The notes under the pieces are model-generated. The model ran no database searches. It was not told where the DNA came from and worked only from the letters and a program-made list of their open reading frames with translations. The position numbers and the translations under genes are program-made. A DNA stretch of 57,751 nt, the filler included, from Sphacelaria rigidula (Eukaryota): NCBI GenBank assembly GCA_964200075.2. It is 7 parts of 7 records of this genome, joined end to end, with 100 filler letters (N's around TTAATTAATTAA, not from the genome) between each part and the next. Parts side by side here need not be neighbours in the genome. Positions count along the whole stretch, not along the records: positions 41,324 to 49,487 come from CAXNAA020012070.1; positions 49,588 to 57,751 come from CAXNAA020012071.1; 5 more parts are not named here. One strand, 5' to 3'. This document shows positions 47,136 through 57,751 of the stretch, piece after piece. Positions within the stretch are counted from its first letter, which is position 1. The number at the start of each line of letters is the position of its first letter.

Positions 47136-47446
47136 GTGTCTGTCTTGTATCCGTCGGTGTGGCGGCGAACAGTGCTTCAGCAGCACACCCTACAAGGAAC
47201 GCGGAGATCGCCACCGGCTATGGATCTGTTCTCAACAGCCTGCTCTACGGGGCTTGTGTGGGGTGCGCGTTTGAGATTCCTCTCGCCGAACAAGCACAGC
47301 GCGTCAGCAACCGCACTTAACAGAGCAGGTCGATTGCTGTGGGTTATGCCATCCCGCCACCTTGATATGGCGCCCCGCCGGCTGCTCCACAAGGAGGCAA
47401 TGGATGGTTTCGGAGGGGACAACGCCTCGCTATACGAGAGAACCAG
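47136..47446 (+). CDS. Possible internal exon of an unidentified gene
   Basis: GCGCAG acceptor, 311-nt open frame, AG|GTGAGG donor; no recognisable domain. Confidence 0.35.
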
Positions 47447-48057
47447 GTGAGGGCTGCACGACCACTGTTGCCCTAACAGGGTAAATGACAAGGGAACAAA
47501 ATAATTCGTCGGCCACCATGCGAGGAGAGACATGAGTATCACTATCACGGGGACGTTGTTTCGGGCGCGGTCACTTTCAATCTGGGGCGCGCAGTGAGTA
47601 CTGACAACTTAGTGTACTGTAGGCGTGGTTCCCTACTGTATTATGGTGATGAATCTGGAATCTGCACGGCATTGTCGAGGTGGTCCATGAGGCGAAGCGT
47701 TGATGCGCGAAGCGGTGAGACATGGCAACCCTTGCTGGGTTTTTTTAGGAGTGACATCAGCTCTTTTAGCCAGACTCGCTGTTCACAGGTTCTAGAAGAA
47801 GGTTCCACACGTCGGACGAATTGTGGTACGTTCGAATTCGACTCGTTCGAGTTGACTCGTCACGACTGTCGAGTGGGATTCATGAGTCGCAGACTCATCA
47901 TCATGTACGCATCACGAATGATAAAAGAATATGTTTGAGGTAGGATCACCGATGGTGAACAGAGTTGTTTACGCTCCAGATAGTGTCGCGCAAAGGAAGA
48001 GTGCAAAGTATGGCGAACCGCTGCTCTATGTACGAGTCTCTGTGGCAAAATGTCAAT

Positions 48058-48330
48058 TTGATTCATCCCGTACGAATCGCGAGTATTGGACATATTTACG
48101 GATGGTTCATATCATACGAACAACAGATGGGAAACATAAACATGTGGACATGATTTATGCCGTATGGATTGCAGGTGGGGAATATATACGGTTGATTCAT
48201 GCAGTACAGATATAGCGAGTGGGAAACATGTACATAGTATGATTTATGCAGCATGAATGTCTGTTGGGAACCATGTACGCTTGATTTATGCCGAACGACC
48301 GACACGTGGTAATATGTACGCTTGATTCAT
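48058..48330. repeat. Degenerate ~40-50-bp tandem repeat
   Basis: Recurrent TGATTYATGC.GTA...TGGGAA.CATGTAC units. Confidence 0.65.
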
Positions 48331-51300
48331 CTGTGTAAGGGTCGCTATTAAGGGGGCTTTTTTTCAGAATTTCATACTTTTCTGGTTATTTTTCCGTATA
48401 CTCAACAGAAAAGGTACTGAAGAAAATGCCAACGCTGGATATTCCGAGTAATATGTTTCCTCCGTTCCCCGTCCTCCAACGAAGGGCATGACCGGTCTTA
48501 TCGGTACGCCATGTGGAAGGTTTTTTCGGCGGGTGTAGCGCCGGACTCACCCTCAAGGGGTGATTCCTTCTCACTACTACCCCCGGCCAAAGCCGTGGTG
48601 TGGTTGTAGAGTGGGGTCGGTACGGTGTCCATCCGGTACACCCACCCCTGCTATACTGTAAAAATACAGCAGTATACGGTAATATGTCAACACCCTGAGT
48701 AAGGACATATCCTGCGTTACAAGCAGTGTAATGTGTCAACACCCTGAGCGTGGGCATGTTGGGATTCGGTGAGTGCGCGGAGGCAGGTGACACCGCTGTC
48801 GAAAGCTGGCACGCACACCTTTGATACAAAGGAGCGTGTGCCGGTGTGCAGGCTGATTTTGGCGACAAAGATGGAGGAGAAGCGGTAGTCGACGGACAGG
48901 TTAGGTCTGGTTGAGCCTCCTAGACGAGACTCCTGGACGACCAGAACTAGAGTGCAGCACCAAAGAGGAAGTACTTCATCACGAAAGAAAGCAGAGGGGG
49001 CACTGTTGTGGGATATTGGACACTGGTGACGATGGGCGGTTGCGTGTAGGCTTTGTTTCTTATCCGCGCGTATAATTTCGCATAAAACGGGGTTTTGCGT
49101 ATAACTCATGCGTTTAAAAAAAAACATACTTCCTCTGTCCCGTAAGTCTGGTTGGTTATGGGCGTTTTTTTGTGTGGGTGCAACGGTGTTGACGATGACT
49201 TTATAGGTGGGTTCTATAGAAAGACAAAGCGCATACGAAGCTGGTGAGAAAAGAAAAAGAAGAAAAAAGAACCTCGTTTTCAATACTTAAATCAGGTCAG
49301 AATATACCCCGTTTTGGCCTTTTGTTGAGAATTCTTATGATAATATTTTCGAGAATTATTTCGAAAATTCGTGTTAAACATCCCACACCTAGCCCATAGA
49401 CATCACAACACGATGGGCTTGCCCCCGGCGAAGCCGAGCCCAGACGCCCACCACCCGACCCTCCCAGCAGCCACCACCACACCGCGANNNNNNNNNNNNN
49501 NNNNNNNNNNNNNNNNNNNNNNNNNNNNNNNTTAATTAATTAANNNNNNNNNNNNNNNNNNNNNNNNNNNNNNNNNNNNNNNNNNNNCGAAGATTTTTAT
49601 CCTCCGGGTTCTCATCCTCAATCAAAAGCACCATCCTCAACATAGATGATTGGCTGTTTAACCGTGGGACGTTCCCTGAAACGGACTTCGCGGCCTTCTG
49701 CATTCGGGGTAGAAACACACGTCCCAAGAAAGGGTGCTCGAATCGCACACGTCGCCGAGGAGAACCAGGCTGCGAAACTCGGCCCCTCGATGGAGTGTCC
49801 CGATTAATGTATACAAATAGAGGGGGCTGGGGCGGAGACCTCGGAGGAAAGGTCTGATGCAGGGCAACTTCGTTTCGGGGCGGGCGTGCTATTGTTATTG
49901 TTTCGCTCATTAGAGTCCGTTTTATGGAGACAACAAGGTGAGAACGCCCCGTGAGAGTGAGAGCTATTTTCTGGTTGTTGTATGTTTTTTCTTGTCCTCA
50001 TAATCGGTTGAGGACTGATGGGCAACCAACAGTAGGAAGGACAAGAAAAAAATGATGAAAAAAGAAGACACGAAAAACGCCAGAATAACTCGATCTCACT
50101 CTCACGGCGCGGGTTGTCACTTCTCTTGTTTAATTAAAGCAGGCTCTTGGTCCTTGTCCATGGTATGTGTGTGTGTGTGTACGTGCGCGCGCTCGCGTGT
50201 GTTTGCCATGGATTCCTTTCACGGAGGGTAAATATATTGCTTCGTTTCGGTGTGTTCGTGTGCGTGTTTCTGCGTTTGTTCTCCGATCCCTGGTATCGGA
50301 TTGGCTTGTCGCTCGAATTTTCAATCAAGAAGGTCCGAGACACCGCTTGACTGAAACTCTCATCTGTATGTTTGGAGCCCGATTAGCATACCTAACAGCA
50401 CCAGATGTCCTCGCGGTAGCTCTTACTCAACCACACGCATGATATACATGTTCCGGCTTCGATTCGTCAAGAGATATATAGGGATGGCATTGTAATGCGT
50501 GAGAGGACCGCGTGCTTAGAGGACCGCGCCGTAGTTCAAAACACCTCAGGATCGACGGTTTTCAAAACCAATGGGTCCAGTCCCTCCAGGTACCACGCCC
50601 CTGACCCGAACCCCAACACTAACCCTAACCCTAACCCTAACCATAGGGATGTTCTGATTTGCGGATTGCGATTCGCGATTTACGATTAAATTCATGTTGT
50701 GCAGACACGCCCACACGGTCGGGTCAGCGTGTTTCAAATTTAAACCGTGGTGGCAGTGTGTGGACATACTCGAGCTGTTTATTACCAGTCGCCAGATGTT
50801 GGCAACGTCGGAACCTTCCGACGGCTAGGATGTGGATTCAAAGGTCGGTAAGTAACCATCCTGAGATTTTTTCTCACATCACGCCCAGCAGTGAAGAGCG
50901 ACTACGGCGTGGGTACACAAAGTTCGACTTCAAGGTCGACGAGGAAAAGGGACCGCCGAACCTTCCTCACGATAAATGGAAAGGCAAGCACCGCAGAAGG
51001 GACGTGGGGCGCTGAAACCAGTGAAAAATTCGAAAACTCCTGTATCGACCTTCCTCGTGTGCGAGCTCGGCTGATGCGCCCACATATACCGAAAGGTGTA
51101 GGCTGGCGACCATAATACACGGGATAGCAACACAGTACACGCACACTTCTGTTGGTTTGATATTCACATGCCGTTCTCGCGCAGAGCTTGAGAGGAAATA
51201 AACCGATTCCCATTCCCCGGAACGAACATGTGTAATGAGCATTCACACTTCGGAAAAGCGTGTGCTTCCCTCGCACGGTCACAAGTTCCGCCCCTTCATC

Positions 51301-51861
51301 GGGACCACAACAGCAGACACTAACCGTTTCATCAGGAGATGGCTCACTACAAAATGATATCCAGCATAGTGCCGTTCAAATTGGATGGTTTGAAACTTTC
51401 AGGCCCGTTTCTCTCATGGGATCCGGGTCACCGGGGTCACCGGACCACAATTCTCGAAAGTGAGGTGTAAGGCAGGTATCGTGGGGGAGATGGCTCATCC
51501 CGAGGTTTGGGACGCGCGCGCGCATGGGGGGGAGGGCGCGCAACTCGTGATCTTACATGCCGTAGTCATACGACCATTGCGATGCACGTTGGTGGGGGGA
51601 GAGGCGCCGGGGGGGGGGGGGGTGCAAAGTGCGACGATCGAAAGTACCTCGCGTAGAAATGTCCACCGCTCACTGCGCATAAGGAGACCAAAAACATGTG
51701 CAAGTCCAGTCATTTACAATGGATAACGCACAGCACGCGCAAATACAGAACATGGAAACAAACACGTTTGCTACTTCATCGTGAGCAGCTCTGTGTATGC
51801 CTCCACCTTTTCTGCTCTCCCGTGCGCTGCCCCCCGCATGCATGTATGCTTACCCATTCAG

Positions 51862-54800
51862 GCCAGGCCTGTGGTGAAGACTGCTCGTGTGCTTTAACCT
51901 CTGAGGAATGCATCGACGGGGTCTGCCAACCCGTCGGAGAATGCGCCGAAGGCGAAGGTGAGTCCCTCGTCATGACCTCGGCAAAATAAACGCAACATGG
52001 GTGGGTTGAAAGCTGCAGGAACCCTTGACGGCTACCGACCACCGTGGTTGGCTAGTGACCTACTGTTTCGTGAAGGGGTTGCCAACGCGTGTCCAACAAA
52101 TATCGAGTGTCTTCCGCCCGTCCCGAGGATACAGCAAACACTATTCACGTCGAAGGTCCGTGAGACTCCAACCATTGAGATAAAGTCGTGCACAGAAACC
52201 CGCCTCACTGGTATGCAACGGTCGAAAATTCCACACCGATGGTGAAGCACAACTCTTCTTCCCTCCGTTGTTGCGCATGCCGTGGATCCTTCGTTCTTCC
52301 TAGTATGTATCCCCTGTGTCTCACATAATTCTCGTTTGCTCAGTTGTTCAACCACTTCACTGCGCTGCTCAATTCTTCTCCCGTTTGCCGTTTGTTGTCA
52401 CCGATGGGTGTGATGAAAACGCGATAATCAATGTAGACGACGACTGCAACAACGACATTCCCTGCTGTGACCCGGCGTACGACTGCATCGAGATGGATTA
52501 CTCCTACGGCTTCGGCTACGGCGTCTGCGGAGTGGCTACGGCAAACACCGGTGAGCCTTCGGCAACATCATGTTGGATAGCAAGTACAACCATGCTGCTG
52601 TTGCCCGTAATGGCTAGCAACTGGCGTAGCCTTTATTTCACAAGGTCCGTTCGTGTGCTAAGAGTAGCCTTCGTGCCTAGGTTGTAGTAGTGGCATTTAC
52701 GAACACGCGAAGGATTGCCGACCACACGTAACTCCCCTCTGCTCGCGCTCATTCTGCCCCCTCACGCACGATCTTGCTACCGCCCCACCACCACCCATAC
52801 CCATACCAATCCCTCCTGCTCATCATCGTCAAGGTGGAACATGCACCACGGATGACTCTTGCAGGTTCGAATACGATGTGTGCGTGGGAGGCGTGTGCAA
52901 GGTCAACCCCGACGTGCAGGAGGACGTGTCAGCCCGTACGGGGGTCACCGCCACCGCCAACGCTTTTGACGCTCGCGTTGCCGAAATCGATGGCTGCGGC
53001 TCAGAGGGATGCGTGCCCGAGCTGACCAGGGACGGGAGCAGGGACGCGGCATCCCGCTGGTCGTGCAGCAACACCCTGGGTAGGGGCGAGTGCCAGATCG
53101 AGTACACCTTCGACGAACCTCAGGACGTGCTGAGCATGAACGTGGCTTTCTATCAGGGGGACTCTCGTGCCCGTACCGTGGAGGTTAGCCGGTTGCCTGT
53201 CATCACGATAAACCGTTCAAGAGTTGTTTCCGTCGTTTAGAGCGTTTTCTTGTCGTCGGTTCGTGCTGCTGCTGTTGCTGCTGCTGCTGCTACTCCTACT
53301 ACTCCTACTCCTACTCCTACTCCTACTACTACTACTACTACTACTACTACTCCTACTACTTACTACGTACTGTTGAAAATATTACAAATATGAGCTGTTT
53401 ATTGTCCAAAGAATGCTGACACTTTTTACGATAATCACCGCCCCGAAACCAGCCAAAAACTGTCACGAAGAAAATGGCCATACAGCGCCTGATGTTTGGT
53501 TCCAAGCTTCATGAAGCGCCTCATACGGGCGACATTGGCAAAACGAAGCGTTGGAATTCTAAGCCGCTCATTGTGCTCGGCTGCTTTCACTTCGATTTAC
53601 GCGTAGATTCTACCTCCACAAACCAGCCATTTGTTTTGGGGTGGGGCTATCGTAGAAAGTGTCTGCTATGCTGTGTATTTGCGGGCGTTCACTGGTTGAG
53701 CGCTGATGGCATTAGTGCCGTATGAATATGTAACTTTGGTTGCTTCTCGTTTATGCAGTGCTGACGCAAAACATGCTCCTGCACCACAGGGGAAAAGACA
53801 GCGCAAGATACGCGAAAATAAAACGAAACGTTGCAAAGGTGTGCACCACGTCGCGTGTCGTGCGTTATGTAAACTGTGACAATGTATTAAATTGAATCAT
53901 AAGCATATCCCAGATCTCTCACGGGGGCGTGTTCTTATCATCATGGTGCAGGTGTTCGGCGACGGCCGCAGCCTGGGCGAGTTCACGTCCAGCGGAAACA
54001 CGCTCGACTTCGAGAACTGGACCCTGAACGCCAAGGACGTGTCCGTTATCGCCATCATGCCCAAGTATCTAGGCGAAGGCTGGCTCAGTATCACCGAGGT
54101 GAGTACTATACCTCTGTGGCAATGAAGCCAGGCACACGACGCACGGTAGAACGCCAACGCCATCACACGTAACGTACGACCAAGTGATGCTGTGGAAACA
54201 ACAATAATAGTGTACCGCGAAAAGAGCACTAACATACTACGGGCGTAACTCAACACCTCGTTTTTTCATCTTCCCTCTGGAACATGAAAGATCGGTGATT
54301 CTGTCCCTGCGGTTTGAATCGATAGCTGATAGACGTCGCTTCTGTTGCTCGAAACATATCGTATCAAGTGTGGGGAGTTGGGGCATGGGAACAGGCATTT
54401 GGTCCTCTTTCTTTCCCCGCAATAATTGCGGGCTAAAAAGCGTGAGAACCATTCTTGAACGTTTTAGACCACATTGTGTGAGGATTGGAACCCTTCGTTT
54501 GAATGTGAAGGGTTTGGGGCGTTTGACGTCGTTGTTGGCCTCAAAAGAGTCACACTGCAGTCACCCATCTCCCACACTTTCCGTTACCTCAACGCGAAAC
54601 GTTTACCGCCCTTATCCGATTCGCAAAGCTCTGAAGCTCCAGATATCTAGAGGACAGAGGACCCGACAATGAAAGAACTTAATTGCGTGGAAATTTTACA
54701 AACACCGCTGTAGAGTGTAGATGGACACACATCATTTTTCATGTCCGGTCGGACGTTTACCCAAGCAGTCATTTTCGGATCTTCGAAGGCTCGTGAGTCT

Positions 54801-55497
54801 GAGAGGTGGGCCAGAGGTTTCTCCATGAAGTGATGGACAGTGTCACTCAACAAGTGGCGGTGTTGTTTTCTGTTTTGCGGGGCCGAACAACGTTGTAAAT
54901 CCCCAAGCTCCAAACTGCGAAAAAGAAAGATGCATTCCCCGTCAGATGCCTCGAAATTTTGGCATCAAGTGCTGTTGTGATTTACATGCAGGAAACACAC
55001 ACAACATCGTCACATCTACAACATATTTCGACGCATGTTTTATTACCGTTCGCTACGGTTGGTAATTCATCAAGATCGATATTAATGACGGGATGTTAAC
55101 GATGAGAGCGACGGACGAAGTGCTTGCAATGGATTCCCTTGACCATACTGGTGTCGTGGCTCTCACGGCGAAGAACCGCACGTACTCACCATCCCCTGGA
55201 CCCCTTTCTCCTCGCCCTCCAGTGGCAAGTAGAGATCGCACTATTGGAAACAGCATCCCCTCTTGCTTTGAGCGTGCTTGGGAGACGATCCGACAACTAA
55301 GGCATGCCAGCTTGACATGAGTGCTCCCCATCGTCATCCCATCGTGGATCCTCTGACGCTTCACTGCTGTCGCTACCGCCAACGAACCTACAAGACCAGC
55401 CCTGTGACGTCCGGAGTTTTCCCCTGTTTGTGTGTGTGTGTGTGTGTGCGTGCGTTTTCCTCAGGTGGAGCTGCTGAGCTATCGCCAGTCTTGCTGA
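51862..55497 (+). CDS. Secreted-type protein with Cys-rich modules and a C-terminal CBM32/F5-8 type C carbohydrate-binding domain, 5'-partial; exons 51862-51957, 52437-52550, 52834-53183, 53952-54098, 55465-55497
   Basis: All GT-AG, phases 1,1,0,0, ending VELLSYRQSC*; CBM32 motifs TRDG...SRWSC, FDEPQDV..MNVAFYQGDSRAR, SSGNTLDFE, WLSITEV; high GC3. Confidence 0.88.
53263..53365. repeat. Compound (CTG)n/(CTCCTA)n/(CTA)n microsatellite; similar (CTA)/(CGA)n at 57484-57545
   Basis: Direct reading. Confidence 0.95.
53419..53662. mobile_element. Intronic MITE with ACACTTT(C/T)TACGATA TIR and 3-bp CTG TSD (PIF/Harbinger-like)
   Basis: CTG|ACACTTTTTACGATA ... TATCGTAGAAAGTGT|CTG; homologous to 38880-39208. 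Confidence 0.78.
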
Positions 55498-56559
55498 GAA
55501 TTGATCCGTTGTAATCGCACACGGTCCGGTCGCCTGTACATACATCTGTATGCACTATATGCGGCATCAAGGAATGTATTGATGTATATCAAGACGTTTG
55601 GGACGATTCTCCGATATGGCGTACCTCTGAAAAATTACCATTCGGTCCTCAATTTATCGATGTTAATAGATATGTATAAGCGCACGAAGGTGGGTATCGG
55701 CCCGGGTAGTATGGCCACTTCCTTTAGTCCAAATGGGCATCGGCATTGTCCCCGGAACGGCAGCTCCTGTACATGCCGAAGCAGGGATATTTCGCCGATA
55801 GTAGGTGCCGATGGGATCAAGCTGTCCAGGACTGGCGCTCCGCACGACTGGATATTGTCTAGGGCGAGGCTGAGTGACCGCTTGCACATTTTGAGCCATT
55901 TGTATCAACTCCTGTATCGGGTTCATTGATTCGTTTTCCTTATTTGCCGTCTCCCGGGGAGGGAGGGGGGGAGGAGGGGGGGTTATATGGCGTTTTTGGA
56001 CTCGTGGATCCTCTAGGGCATCCATCAAAAGGGTATTGTCAAAGCATCGGCATTGACTACGACGTACATTCAGTGCGGCACAGGAGTACTCCCCTGGACA
56101 TGGTGGCGTGTATATTCGCTCGAAAGTTTGGTACATAAGATGGAAGCTGATGGGTGACGCGGATGGGTGATCATGATTCGCGCGCCTTCGCGTTGTGATG
56201 GCATTGGTCGCGTATCCTTGACATTCTTTGGGGAGTTGGAGAGTTTTGTGCCGCCGATGGTAGATGTGTCAGGTTACACCAAGATGAGGCAGGTGAGAGG
56301 GGCGGCGCATCGTTGTCTGTGGTACCCGAGAGATGTCGATGGCGACCTCGCAGAGTTGGTGACGTCGACGGTGCTCTGACCCTATTCATCCGCCAGCGAG
56401 TACTGTTGTCTGTCTGTTTTGTTTAGCTGTCTTCCTGTCTGTTTGTCTGTCTGTCCCGACCTTGATATCGTATAGGTGGGAAACGGTGGTTTCCGTACTT
56501 TGTATATTTTGACTCCTTACTTTTGTACTTTACGGTGTCAGGGATGAGAGCTACTGGTG

Positions 56560-56920
56560 TTTTACTGCGTACCTACAGAAGAGTATACGGAGTTTGTTCA
56601 ATACTGTAAGGTGATGGGATTTCCGATCTCGAGTTTCGGTGAGAAGAAACGAGATGGAACCGTGCACTATCGGAGTGTTGTGTTTCAAAATTCATCTCCT
56701 CCGATAGGTATCTCTTGCGAAGACGGGGCTTCCAGTGGCGTCGACGTAGATAGCAGTTATTGAAACGTTGATGTCAAAAATATTATAACCGGGCAATGGT
56801 GATTCCCGTCGCCGACGGATGTTTGACATGGATGTGCGAAGTGAACATGTTGTTGGCGGTATGGTTAGCGGCGTTTATTTAAAAATCCTATTTGTACGTA
56901 GCCGTGGTATGGGAATAGTA
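56560..56920 (-). pseudogene. Possible highly decayed Copia RT fragment
   Basis: Minus-strand remnants TAIYVD and HGSISFLLTETRDRK..LT resemble Copia RT (YVDD; G.v.l.LGm.itRDR) but are weak. Confidence 0.25.
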
Positions 56921-57497
56921 ATCAGATGCGATCGACGTCAGCAAGTTCATCCTAGGATGTTGGGAATGTGATCACATTTGAAATGATATTCATAGCTGGT
57001 TCCTTGGCCGGGTGAAGTGTAGATATCGTTACTAGGGAGTAGAAATGTCGGGCGGGTACGTAAGTATCCTGACGAAGCGATGGCATGGGTAGTGACATGA
57101 CTTAGCGAGCAGGACCGTAGTCGATCGGCATCATGGTCACCAGTTACGGCAAGTAGGACGGGTAGTCCCCTGAAAATTGCGGGAGATGCACCGGACTTAT
57201 TTCGTTCAAGCTTGTGCATGGCGAAATTTAACTGGAGCTACGCTCTGGCGGGGGGGGCTGCTATATCCCTTTCGTTTCGAAGATCTTGAGAGTATTTTGC
57301 GCGGGAATCGTCGGCCTCTGTTTATTTTATCCTGTCGCCGTGTCTGATGCTGCTACTGTGCTTGCATCATTGTACGATTATGAAATAAACATTCATACCA
57401 AAGGTCAACTTCAAAGCTCCGTGTACTTTAAAAACAAAAGCTGACATGATGTTTACGAAATGATGCTGGCGGTGGTGCTAGTACTTCTACTACTGCT

Positions 57498-57529
<32 letters not shown>

Positions 57530-57751
57530 TACTGTTACTACTACTGAAGTTCACGTTATGACGCCCTCACCACGTTGAAATGACGAGTTGACTGCTTTCA
57601 TTTCCTCCCTCACTCCTACCTTCTCCCATTCCTCGGGACGAGCCCGTGGTCTCAAGAGACCCAAATGCTCCGTCTCGAAAGGGATGCGTGGTCAATGGTC
57701 AAACGGCTAAGGCAAGCAATAAATGAGTACTATGTCTCCACACCTCCAGCC

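Overview
Eukaryotic, intron- and repeat-rich DNA, most consistent with a brown alga (Phaeophyceae, Ectocarpus/kelp-like). The window is not one locus. It is seven unrelated contigs of 8165/8165/8165/8164/8164/8164/8164 bp, joined by 100-nt N-TTAATTAATTAA-N linkers (size-sorted concatenation). Contig 1: intronless 503-aa gene with about 10 ankyrin repeats, of the brown-algal/phaeovirus-like type, plus a SINE head and MITEs. Contig 2: four minus-strand exons of an alpha-arrestin-like gene, with a 1.5-kb foldback element upstream of the first recovered exon. Contig 3: mostly MITEs and a decayed hAT derivative. Contig 4: a decayed Ty3/Gypsy element (gag, protease, RT core deleted, RNase H, integrase) abutting a related non-autonomous element whose Gag N-terminus runs into a 38-aa tandem repeat; neither has a canonical tRNA PBS. 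Contig 5: three exons of a BioD-like/DRTGG (Pta N-terminal-like) gene with a GC-AG intron. Contig 6: minisatellite arrays, a foldback MITE and weak exon candidates. Contig 7: a five-exon gene encoding Cys-rich modules plus a CBM32/F5-8C domain. Most short ORFs in the track are spurious. I found no CRISPR array and no convincing new multi-gene system; the Gypsy pair is the best lead.
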